Below are positions 9,013 to 16,843 of a stretch of DNA of 23,310 bases, in pieces; position 1 is the stretch's first letter; each line of letters starts with the position of its first letter. Below the pieces are notes generated by a model. That model saw only the letters and a program-made list of their open reading frames with translations. It made no database searches and was not told where the DNA came from. This DNA is from Oligoflexales bacterium (GTDB taxonomy: Bacteria > Bdellovibrionota_B > Oligoflexia > Oligoflexales > RGVZ01). Location: contig JBIIGV010000041.1 of the NCBI GenBank assembly GCA_044236265.1, positions 1-23,310 of the forward strand. Direction: 5' to 3'. Position numbers and translations under genes: made by a program.

Positions 9013-9660
9013 TTATAGCGCGCGGCCTTGCGACGCAACCGCCGACAAACGGTCAAGCCAAGCCTTCATTGGGACAAAGCGGCGAGCAAATTTACTTTCT
9101 TGCTCGGGATAAAAATAGCTCATTGTGCTGCGGATTAACTCGCGATCATAACTCGCCAAACCAAAGCGCTCTGCATTCGCAAGCTCGTAGCGATAGGCCT
9201 CACGCTCTGCCATACCTGTTCCATCAAAACCAGCAAGATTTTGAAGATGAATAGCCAGAAAGTTTTGTCGGCAATGAACTTCAATCTCGTGCGCCAATGT
9301 GCTGCCCAACATACCCCAACTAGAAAACGCCTCTCGCCCAATAAGCACAAGAGGGTCAGAGGCTAAGCCCTGGCGAAGGGTCAAACCACGATCTTCAAGC
9401 TTAGGATCAAAAAATGGACCATTAATATTTTTCGGAAGACGAATACCGAAGTTCTTCACGGCTAGTGCAATGGACGCTTGAGTCACTGTTGGTGCACCTG
9501 ACGGTAGATCTAGTGTTGTGTCGACTGAAATTCCAGACAACTCTTTAGCACGGGAATCTGCCTGAGACAGGCCGTGAGCAATAATCGCCCCTGCGGTTGC
9601 AAACGAAACAAGCAAACCGAGAGTGATACCTCTAAAAAGATTAGTCAAAGATGTCTTCAT
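9013..9660 (-). CDS. exported hypothetical protein, zincin-like (HExxxH motif)
   Basis: N-terminal hydrophobic helix; LGSTLAHEIEVHCRQ followed by AEREAY. Confidence 0.7.
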   Translation of the reverse strand: MKTSLTNLFRGITLGLLVSFATAGAIIAHGLSQADSRAKELSGISVDTTLDLPSGAPTVTQASIALAVKNFGIRLPKNINGPFFDPKLEDRGLTLRQGLASDPLVLIGREAFSSWGMLGSTLAHEIEVHCRQNFLAIHLQNLAGFDGTGMAEREAYRYELANAERFGLASYDRELIRSTMSYFYPEQESKFARRFVPMKAWLDRLSAVASQGRAL

Positions 9661-9733
9661 AACCGTCCCTCAGAATCAACAGGATCCACTGCAGCAATTG
9701 GCCCTAGAGTCACCAGACCCTAGGCTCTGCCTT

Positions 9734-9770
9734 TAAAAAGCAAGACCAGGGCCACCGGAGCCCTGGTCTT
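9734..9770 (-). terminator. 11-bp perfect hairpin, possible terminator of the 9869-10573 gene
   Basis: Minus strand AAGACCAGGGC-tccggtg-GCCCTGGTCTT followed by GCTTTTT. Confidence 0.5.
9739..9754 (-). promoter_or_regulatory. sigma54 (-24/-12) promoter
   Basis: Minus strand TGGCCCTGGTCTTGCT (GG-N10-GC), about 80 bp upstream of ATG 9660, with an AT-rich tract and TGTCAAAAAAGACA (9830-9843) further upstream. Confidence 0.6.
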
Positions 9771-9868
9771 AACCTGCTGTAATTTTTGATTTTTCAAAAG
9801 GTACTAGACGTTTACAAACCACCCAGTGTTGTCTTTTTTGACAGTTTAGGGCGAAACCCATTCCAAAC

Positions 9869-10573
9869 TTAGCAGCCTGATTTAACCCCTCTTGGCCCTT
9901 CTAAGAGATCGCCCGTGGAGAGATTTACATAGACTAAAGCCCGACTTCCACAACTGTCACCAACAACCATGAGCCATGGATCCTTCGCCATTCCTGGAAC
10001 GGCAGGGCTCAGTAATGATAGACCAACAATCCCGCTCATCTTGGAGTATTTTTGACGAATTTTTTTCAAAGCGTCGTTTGCTCCGAGCTTTAGCCCATTA
10101 AACGCCTCAAATTCATTTTCAAAATTACGGGTATCATTCACGAGCACGCTAACGTCTGAGGCAGTTTTAACAGACGACGCTGTCTCATAACCACAGTTAC
10201 CAAAACCATTCACCCGAGGATTTAGAGTCACCATCGCGTAGGGACGCGCAGCACTATGTTCAAGATCACCGTTTGCATAAATAATCCGCGCACCGAGAAC
10301 GCCGGAACAAGGTCCTTGATCCATCAGGTTATCAAACGCAATAAGATGCAAAAAACCCTTTGCAGCAAACATAGCTTGGGCGTCAGCGCGACCATACTCA
10401 GCAATACGTTTAACCATCTCGACGTCAAGAGTCTCAAACTTCAATAGTGGAAGGTCCCGCATTTCAGTCTGGGAATCGGACGCTAACGCTGCGGATTTCG
10501 GCGACGTCGTCTTACACCCGGCAATAGATCCACAAAAAAGCACAACGCTAGACACAAAGGCTAGAGGCTTCAT
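9869..10573 (-). CDS. hypothetical lipoprotein
   Basis: Lipobox IAG-C-KTT, RBS AGGAG, 234 aa with four additional Cys. No family recognised. Confidence 0.8.
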   Translation of the reverse strand: MKPLAFVSSVVLFCGSIAGCKTTSPKSAALASDSQTEMRDLPLLKFETLDVEMVKRIAEYGRADAQAMFAAKGFLHLIAFDNLMDQGPCSGVLGARIIYANGDLEHSAARPYAMVTLNPRVNGFGNCGYETASSVKTASDVSVLVNDTRNFENEFEAFNGLKLGANDALKKIRQKYSKMSGIVGLSLLSPAVPGMAKDPWLMVVGDSCGSRALVYVNLSTGDLLEGPRGVKSGC

Positions 10574-10645
10574 TCCACACTCCTGGGCGATGATTTTGAC
10601 GTCAGTTTAACTTATTTTGAAAAAACATGGCAGAAATAAGCGGCT

Positions 10646-11068
10646 CTATTTCTTGAGTGACTTTGCCATATCCAGAAGATTGGCACGCTCCTCAGGGCTC
10701 AAACTATCGTACATATCCTTTATTTTCTTCAGTTGATCCGGAGACATCGACTGCATCATAGCGCTAGCTTGGCGCATCATTTCGTCTGTACTCATGTTAG
10801 AGAAGTCCATGTCTTTCAAACGATCCATTGAAAATGCTTCTGCACCGGGTTGCTGTCTCTCAAAAAAAATAATCTTCTCTGAATTTTTTTCGTTTGCAAT
10901 ACCAAGAATTTCAAGTTCGGCCAGAACCTTATTGAAATTCAATCCATCACGATGGGCAGATTCATATAAACGCTCCATTGGAAGCGCCACGCGATTCCCA
11001 GGAAATCCGTTTTTGGCTAAGATTGTACGGATATTTTCCACCATATCTGCAACAGTCTTCGTCGTCAT
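10646..11068 (-). CDS. hypothetical protein with a Met-rich helical C-terminus
   Basis: RBS AGGAG favours ATG 11068 over 11098. C-terminus MMRQASAMMQSMSPDQLKKIKDMYDSLSPEERANLLDMAK. Confidence 0.75.
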   Translation of the reverse strand: MTTKTVADMVENIRTILAKNGFPGNRVALPMERLYESAHRDGLNFNKVLAELEILGIANEKNSEKIIFFERQQPGAEAFSMDRLKDMDFSNMSTDEMMRQASAMMQSMSPDQLKKIKDMYDSLSPEERANLLDMAKSLKK

Positions 11069-11101
11069 CAAAAGACTCCTAGTTTCAGGGACGATCAATC
11101 A

Positions 11102-11869
11102 TCAAACTTCGAATGCAAAGCGTTCTTTCGGCAACCTCATACGCGGCCCATAGACGCCGCCCGGCGCCCTGCGTCCCACTGCAATCACCATATTAACTTC
11201 TGCCCCACACCCAAGACCCAAGATCTTTTTCACGCGAGCAGAATCATGACCCTCCATGGGGCATGTGTCAAAATCTTGTGCGCTAATAGCAAGCATAAAG
11301 TTTTCGGCAGCCAATGCCGCGGACTTATGCGCCCAAACCCGAATGTCGGCAAATGATTTCGGTTCGCGCGGTGTCGGGGCGGAGATACCTTTTAATCTAA
11401 ATACGACTCGTTTCACTAAACCAAATAGCCCGAGTGGACCATTGTTATAGGCAAGAGGCACTATTTTTTCGTAGTACTTCAGCGCAGACTTAGGTGCCCC
11501 TGATGTCCGTAACTGGGCCAAAACATCAGCAGCATTTCGCCTCCAAGTATTCGTTCTGGCAATAACGACAACCAGCTCTTGTGCCGTCTTGGCCGCCGGT
11601 TGATTAAGACAAGCTTGAATCAGTTGAGCTTTTTTTTCCCCGGATCTAACCCAATAAAATTCAGTCTGCTGCAAATTACTGGACGTTGGTGCGATCAGAC
11701 CTGCATTAATGGCATTACGGATGACACCCTCTGGAACCGCTGTCGAGTCGTAGAGCCTAACACTTCGGCGGGAGGTGATCACCTTGTGAAACTCATCCCA
11801 CGAACAATGCAAAGCTTTCTCTTCGTAATTTGCGGGCTTTGCGCCCTCAAGAACATCCTTAAAACTCAT
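11102..11869 (-). CDS. nitroreductase family flavoprotein
   Basis: SRRSVRLY, APTSSNLQ, LAAENFMLA, DTCPMEG, MVIAVG. Confidence 0.92.
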   Translation of the reverse strand: MSFKDVLEGAKPANYEEKALHCSWDEFHKVITSRRSVRLYDSTAVPEGVIRNAINAGLIAPTSSNLQQTEFYWVRSGEKKAQLIQACLNQPAAKTAQELVVVIARTNTWRRNAADVLAQLRTSGAPKSALKYYEKIVPLAYNNGPLGLFGLVKRVVFRLKGISAPTPREPKSFADIRVWAHKSAALAAENFMLAISAQDFDTCPMEGHDSARVKKILGLGCGAEVNMVIAVGRRAPGGVYGPRMRLPKERFAFEV

Positions 11870-11896
11870 ATAGCTAATATTTCCCTGTGAATAACA

Positions 11897-12904
11897 TTAA
11901 GACTCAGATCGCGTGCGTCTGCGAGGGCGCGCCCCAGACGACGAGCGCCGAGTGCCTCGTACTGACTTCGATTCCTGAACTGTTGACTCTTCTGTGTCCT
12001 CACTAACCGCTGTCGCCTTTACAACTCGGGGCGTACTGCGAACTGGAGATTTGGAGGACGTGGCCGCTACTGGTTCTTCCTGTTTGGGAGAACTGACATC
12101 AACGGACTCAGTCTTGACGTTGCTAGCCATCTTCATTTCATCACCAAATCTAGCTACGATCCACGTTCCAGTCCTTTGGTGAAGGGCTAGCTCTAAAAGA
12201 CCGTCTTTCTGAGCATCCTGCAGAAGACCTGTAAAACTGCGGTAACCAAATTGACGTTCGCTAAATCCCGGGTGCATGCGGCAAATCGTATTCTTGATTA
12301 ACGCGGCACCCAAAAACTCTTTGTCCTCACGACGTAAGGCGGTCAATGCTTCAAACAGCAAATTGAACGCGTCACGCTTCGAGCCAGAGACCGCAGGGGG
12401 CATAACAATGGCGCTTGGCGCATCAGCCACCGGAACCAGATCTTCATAATAAATAAACTCATCACAGTTATCCCGCAGCAAGGCCGACGTGCTGGCATTC
12501 ATACCGATTCCAATCACGTGTTTACCTAGCTCTTTAAGCTTACTTACCAACGGGGAAAAATCACTGTCGCCTGAAACAACGACAAACGTATCAATATGAT
12601 CTTTGCTGTACGCAAGATCCATCGCATCCACGCACAAGCGAATGTCTGCGCTATTTTTACCTGATTGCGCGCGCTTAGGAATCTCTATCAACTCGATTGC
12701 AGACTCATGCAATGACGCTGTATATGCATGGAAGCGATTCCAGTCGCAATAAGCCCGCTTCGCAACGATCTTGCCTTTTTCAAGCAGGCGTTTTAGCACA
12801 AACTTAATTTCAAACCTTCCAGATCTGTCCTTAAATCCCAGTGCCAAATTCTCAAAATCTATAAATACCGCGATCGAGCGGCTACTTACCTGTAAATTAC
12901 TCAA
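11897..12904 (-). CDS. NYN (LabA/DUF88) domain protein with OST-HTH/LOTUS domain
   Basis: AVFIDFENL, RAYCDW, GKNSADIRLCVDAM, VSGDSDFSPLV, CDEFIYYEDL; LOTUS PGFSERQFGYRSFTGLL; basic disordered tail; TTG start. Confidence 0.92.
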   Translation of the reverse strand: MSNLQVSSRSIAVFIDFENLALGFKDRSGRFEIKFVLKRLLEKGKIVAKRAYCDWNRFHAYTASLHESAIELIEIPKRAQSGKNSADIRLCVDAMDLAYSKDHIDTFVVVSGDSDFSPLVSKLKELGKHVIGIGMNASTSALLRDNCDEFIYYEDLVPVADAPSAIVMPPAVSGSKRDAFNLLFEALTALRREDKEFLGAALIKNTICRMHPGFSERQFGYRSFTGLLQDAQKDGLLELALHQRTGTWIVARFGDEMKMASNVKTESVDVSSPKQEEPVAATSSKSPVRSTPRVVKATAVSEDTEESTVQESKSVRGTRRSSSGARPRRRTRSES

Positions 12905-12945
12905 TTGAAACTACTTTCCGAGAGACCAATGTCTCTCATTTTAAA

Positions 12946-14457
12946 TTAAATCCAAACCAACCCGTGGCGCTCATGCAACGGATTAGCGACGCTGACGGTC
13001 TTCATTTCGGAGAAGAAATCCAAACTGTATTGCCCTCCCTCGCGACCGACCCCGCTATGCTTCATGCCGCCGAATGCGGTATGAAGATTTCTGATAAACC
13101 AACTATTAATCCAAACTAATCCGGTCCGAATTTTGTTGGCTGCATGATTGGCCTTATCAATATCCTTTGTCCAGACCGAGCAGCTTAGACCGTATTTCGT
13201 GCCGTTGACCATTGAGATCGCCTCATCAAAAGTCTTAAAGGTCTGTACCGTTAAAACTGGGCCAAAGATCTCTTCTTGAATGAGTCGCGACTCTTGGGGA
13301 ACATTCGTGATCAGGGTCGGTTCAAGGAATGCTCCCTTTTGGTTCACGCTGGCTGGCACGTTACCACCGCACTCAATCTTTACACCGGCCAAGGACTTTG
13401 CATGGTCGATAAATGACAAAACCTTGTTACGATGCTCAACGCCGCATAAAGCTCCCAAAGTCGTCTCGGGGTCTAAGGGGTCGCCAATCTTAATCTTGGA
13501 GATCTCCTGTTTAACGAGTTCGATCACCTTGGATGCTACAGACTCTTCCACCAGTAGGCGCGATCCCGCCAAACAAACCTGCCCCTGATTGCGCATAGCA
13601 GCGCGCGTTGCTACCTTTGCGGCCTTTTCTAGGTCAGCATCTGCAAATATGATGCTGGCACCCTTACCACCCAATTCAAAACTCATCTTTTTCAGGGTGG
13701 GCGCACCAGCCGCCATAATCGCAGCCCCGGTGACTGTTTCGCCCGTAAAAGAGATGGCCTTCACACCTGGATGTTTAACTAAGGCCTCTCCAGCACTATC
13801 AGGACCAAAGCCTTGAACGATATTCACAACTCCGGCCGGAACACCTGCTTTGAGCAAAACCTCATGAAGAGCGTACGCTGTTAGCGGCGTGAGTTCGGCA
13901 GGCTTCAACACGACGGCGTTACCTTGGGCCAAAGCGGGTGCCAACTTCCAGGTCGCGAGGTATAGGGGCAAATTCCATGGAGTAATCAAACCCACAACCC
14001 CGAGAGGCTCTCTGATCGTTGTATGGTGACTACCATCATCACTGCGAAAGCTAGGGCTAACCTGATGGTGGCAAAGATCTGCGTAGAAGTGAAAATTAAA
14101 CGCAGCCCGCGGGATGTCGCCATTCATCGTCTCCTGCAGAGGTTTGCCGCTATCCAAAGATTCTAATTCGGCGAATTCTTGCTTCCTGGCCAAGATCTCA
14201 TCGCCAATTCGCCTCAAAATCGCAGCTCTCTCGGATGGCGTAGTCTTAGACCATGGGCCCTCGCGCCAGGCTTTCTCTGCAGCCGCAACGGCTGCATTGA
14301 TCTCCGCAGCTCCTCCAAGAGCCACCTTGCATATGACGTCACCTGTAGACGGATTCACAGAATCAAAGGTCGCCCCGTTGGCTGAGGCCGTGAGCTCCCC
14401 ATTGATAAAATGTAGTGCTGTATTGGACTTTAAACTTCCAAGTAGAGGATTACGCAT
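12946..14457 (-). CDS. aldehyde dehydrogenase, 2-hydroxy/2-aminomuconic semialdehyde dehydrogenase (ALDH8/HMSADH) type
   Basis: ITPWNLPLYLATWKLAPALAQGN, SFTGET, SFELGGK, NQGQVCLAGSR, EEIFGP, WINSWFIRNLHTAFGGMKHSGVGREGG. Confidence 0.88.
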   Translation of the reverse strand: MRNPLLGSLKSNTALHFINGELTASANGATFDSVNPSTGDVICKVALGGAAEINAAVAAAEKAWREGPWSKTTPSERAAILRRIGDEILARKQEFAELESLDSGKPLQETMNGDIPRAAFNFHFYADLCHHQVSPSFRSDDGSHHTTIREPLGVVGLITPWNLPLYLATWKLAPALAQGNAVVLKPAELTPLTAYALHEVLLKAGVPAGVVNIVQGFGPDSAGEALVKHPGVKAISFTGETVTGAAIMAAGAPTLKKMSFELGGKGASIIFADADLEKAAKVATRAAMRNQGQVCLAGSRLLVEESVASKVIELVKQEISKIKIGDPLDPETTLGALCGVEHRNKVLSFIDHAKSLAGVKIECGGNVPASVNQKGAFLEPTLITNVPQESRLIQEEIFGPVLTVQTFKTFDEAISMVNGTKYGLSCSVWTKDIDKANHAANKIRTGLVWINSWFIRNLHTAFGGMKHSGVGREGGQYSLDFFSEMKTVSVANPLHERHGLVWI

Positions 14458-14571
14458 AAATTGGCCTCACAAATAAAGGGCAAGCCATTCAGCCTTAAGC
14501 CCATAAAATGTCGACCAAAAGGTTCTAACATGCCTATCAAAGATCTGCCAATGCTATCGAAGCCAACTTTA

Positions 14572-14604
14572 AGGCCCCCAGAGCAACAATCGCTCGGGGG
14601 GCCT
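14572..14604 (-). terminator. GC-rich hairpin downstream of the 14632-15858 gene
   Basis: AGGCCCCC.GAGC-loop-GCTC.GGGGGCCT; the U-tract is weak on the minus strand. Confidence 0.55.
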
Positions 14605-14631
14605 GTTTTATCCAGTGAGGAGCGTAAATAT

Positions 14632-15858
14632 TTACCGTCCACCCAATAGATTTTGGAACATACTAATAAGACCGCCTCCGGCACCGCCAAGTAAGTTTCC
14701 AATACCGCCGGCCGCTCCACCTAAAAGCCTTCCTGCGCCTCCAATTAAGCCCGCGCCACCTCGAAGCAGCCCTCCTCCGAGGCCTACGACACCCCGACCA
14801 AGACCGCCGATCCCTTTCAGAAGACCACCGCCTAATCCACCAATTCCTTTCGCAATGCCGCCCAGCCCCCGGAAAAGGAATCCAAAAATACCGAGCTTTA
14901 ACGCCCCCTCTGACTCGGATGAAAGTTCAGAGCCGGCCAGTTTGAATTGTTCGTTACGAGCCGAGTTACTTGCCGCGCTCTCCTCAAACACCCGAACCTG
15001 ACTCAACTGGTTATCCATTTGAACAAAAAGTGCATAGGTCTTTGGGAACTCGTCAGCGCGAGCCATTGATTGTCTGAGGGCTGAATTACAGTAAAAAGAG
15101 TCGAAGGATTCAGCGAACGCAAAATACTTAAATTGCTCAGACTTAACCAATGATTCGTTCACACCAAGATTATACTTACTACCCGGGCGTTTGATATCTG
15201 CGATAACCGCCGTCGCGATTTCATCCATCAGCTTCTCAAACTCCGCATTACTTTGAGCCACCACGACATCATTTTCAACGCCAATTTTTGTAAGAATTTG
15301 AGAGAGAATGTATCCAAATACACGAACTGTTGAGTGCTGAATGCTTTCAACTGATGGGTTCATCAAAACGACGACATCAGAGGTTTTCGTGTCGATGGTC
15401 CAACAAGCATCCACTCGCCCTGTACCTTCACTCGTAAACAAGTCATTGGCGGCAGAACGCTGGCAGGTCAAGTCAGACGATGACTTCGCAGGCTCATTCA
15501 GTTTGGACGAGAACACAATTTTTCCACCAAGCCCAAAGTACAAGTGCTGTAGGTTTTCGGGAACTGCCGACAGAGCTCTTGAAAGTGCGGCTTTGAGTTC
15601 AGGAACTTTATCAGCTGCGACAGCTGAAAAATCAACATGATCCCACTCTTGGCGAATGCCGAGGACAATTTGTTGATTACCTGAACAATCGTTGCGCGAA
15701 ACGTCTCCTGAATTACGAGCAAAGTTGTTTAAGGATTTAGTTTTCGCGGCATCTCCCAGATCGCGACACGAGCTGAGGAACGATAATGCAACCATGAGCA
15801 GCGGCGCAGCAATCGTCGCTGAACCACATAACTTAGAACTGCTGGACTTTATCCCCAT
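14632..15858 (-). CDS. lipoprotein with an anthrax-lethal-factor-N-terminal-like (ATLF) domain and a glycine-rich cationic C-terminal tail
   Basis: Lipobox LSS-C and RBS GGGAGG. LSAVPENLQHLYFGLGGKIVF, STVRVFGYILSQILTKI and FAFAESFDSFY...R....FPKTYALF resemble ATLF-fold motifs. The last 86 aa contain 38 Gly. Confidence 0.7.
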   Translation of the reverse strand: MGIKSSSSKLCGSATIAAPLLMVALSFLSSCRDLGDAAKTKSLNNFARNSGDVSRNDCSGNQQIVLGIRQEWDHVDFSAVAADKVPELKAALSRALSAVPENLQHLYFGLGGKIVFSSKLNEPAKSSSDLTCQRSAANDLFTSEGTGRVDACWTIDTKTSDVVVLMNPSVESIQHSTVRVFGYILSQILTKIGVENDVVVAQSNAEFEKLMDEIATAVIADIKRPGSKYNLGVNESLVKSEQFKYFAFAESFDSFYCNSALRQSMARADEFPKTYALFVQMDNQLSQVRVFEESAASNSARNEQFKLAGSELSSESEGALKLGIFGFLFRGLGGIAKGIGGLGGGLLKGIGGLGRGVVGLGGGLLRGGAGLIGGAGRLLGGAAGGIGNLLGGAGGGLISMFQNLLGGR

Positions 15859-15880
15859 GACGCACCTCCCAGTAAGAAGG

Positions 15881-15907
15881 GCATCGGCTCATCAATTAGA
15901 AAACTTA
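15881..15907 (-). promoter_or_regulatory. putative sigma28 (FliA) promoter
   Basis: Minus strand TAAG-ttttctaattgatga(N15)-GCCGATGC, 22 bp upstream of ATG 15858. Confidence 0.7.
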
Positions 15908-15972
15908 AGAGAGGCTATTTTTTATTATATTTTCAGCTAGTTAGGCAGCTCTTCAAAACGCCGGCTCTAGCC

Positions 15973-16776
15973 TCAACGCCCCATGAGCGCGTCATCAAAG
16001 ATCGCAACGGCGCGGGTCCACCCCGCTGAGGCACCACGAATCTTGTGAGGGAAACAGCTGATGTAAAACCCTTTAGGCGGCAAACTCTCCAGATTATGCA
16101 GTTTCTCGAGATGACAATAGCCGATATCACGACCAGCTTTATGGCCCTCCCATATCAAAGACGCGTCGCGGCTATCTTTGTACTTCTTTGCAGTGTGAGA
16201 AAAGGGCGCGTCCCAGCTCCAGGCATCAGTCCCAGTTAATCGGATACCGTGCTCCAGTAAATACATAGTCGCCTCATAACCCATACCACAGCCGCTCGAC
16301 ACATAGTCCTCAAAGCCATAGCGAAGGCCCGCGCGCGTGTTGATCACGACGATCTCCAGTGGACTCAGCGTGTGATCAATCCGCTTTAGCTCACTGGCAA
16401 CATCATCAGCGGTGACCACATATCCATCCGCAAAATGTCGAAAGTCCAGCTTGACGGCAGGTTGAAAGCACCACTCAAGCGGAACGTCATGAATTGCGAT
16501 GGCCGGCTTCTTCTGCCCAAGAGCGTTGTCCATGGTGGAGTGAAAATGAAAGGGAGCGTCCAAGTGTGTGCCATTGTGTGTTGAAAGTTGAACCATCTCT
16601 ATGGCCCAACCTTCGCCATCAGGTAAGTCTTGCTTTTTAAGACCTGGGAAGAATGGCTCAATTTGATCAAAGGTATTTTCGTGACTGAAATACTGTATTT
16701 TTGGCGCGAAGGCCGGGGGATCACTCAGAACGTCGTTTTCCAGAAAGATTGAAAGATCAACGAAGCGACGTGGCAT
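15973..16776 (-). CDS. cyclase family metal-dependent hydrolase (kynurenine formamidase/isatin hydrolase superfamily)
   Basis: STHNGTHLDAPFH (HxGTHxDxPxH), GTDAWSWD, HLEKLHNL, GASAGWTRAVA. RBS AGGAG supports ATG 16776. Confidence 0.9.
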   Translation of the reverse strand: MPRRFVDLSIFLENDVLSDPPAFAPKIQYFSHENTFDQIEPFFPGLKKQDLPDGEGWAIEMVQLSTHNGTHLDAPFHFHSTMDNALGQKKPAIAIHDVPLEWCFQPAVKLDFRHFADGYVVTADDVASELKRIDHTLSPLEIVVINTRAGLRYGFEDYVSSGCGMGYEATMYLLEHGIRLTGTDAWSWDAPFSHTAKKYKDSRDASLIWEGHKAGRDIGYCHLEKLHNLESLPPKGFYISCFPHKIRGASAGWTRAVAIFDDALMGR

Positions 16777-16843
16777 CTGCTTACTCCTGAATATAGAGCT
16801 GATGAAAACTTTGTGTGTCGCCTGCGATACTTTGGACACCAAA

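Noticed and set aside
11897..12904. NYN-LOTUS protein as a defence or toxin system
   Set aside because: It is a widespread stand-alone family, and no antitoxin or defence neighbours are visible.
14536..14550. TGGCAGATCTTTGAT on the minus strand as a sigma54 promoter for the ALDH
   Set aside because: The spacing is one base short and the -12 GC is missing.
14615..15001. Proline-rich 128-aa ORF on the + strand
   Set aside because: It is the antisense mirror of the GGN-rich glycine tail of the 14632-15858 gene, with no independent RBS or other support.
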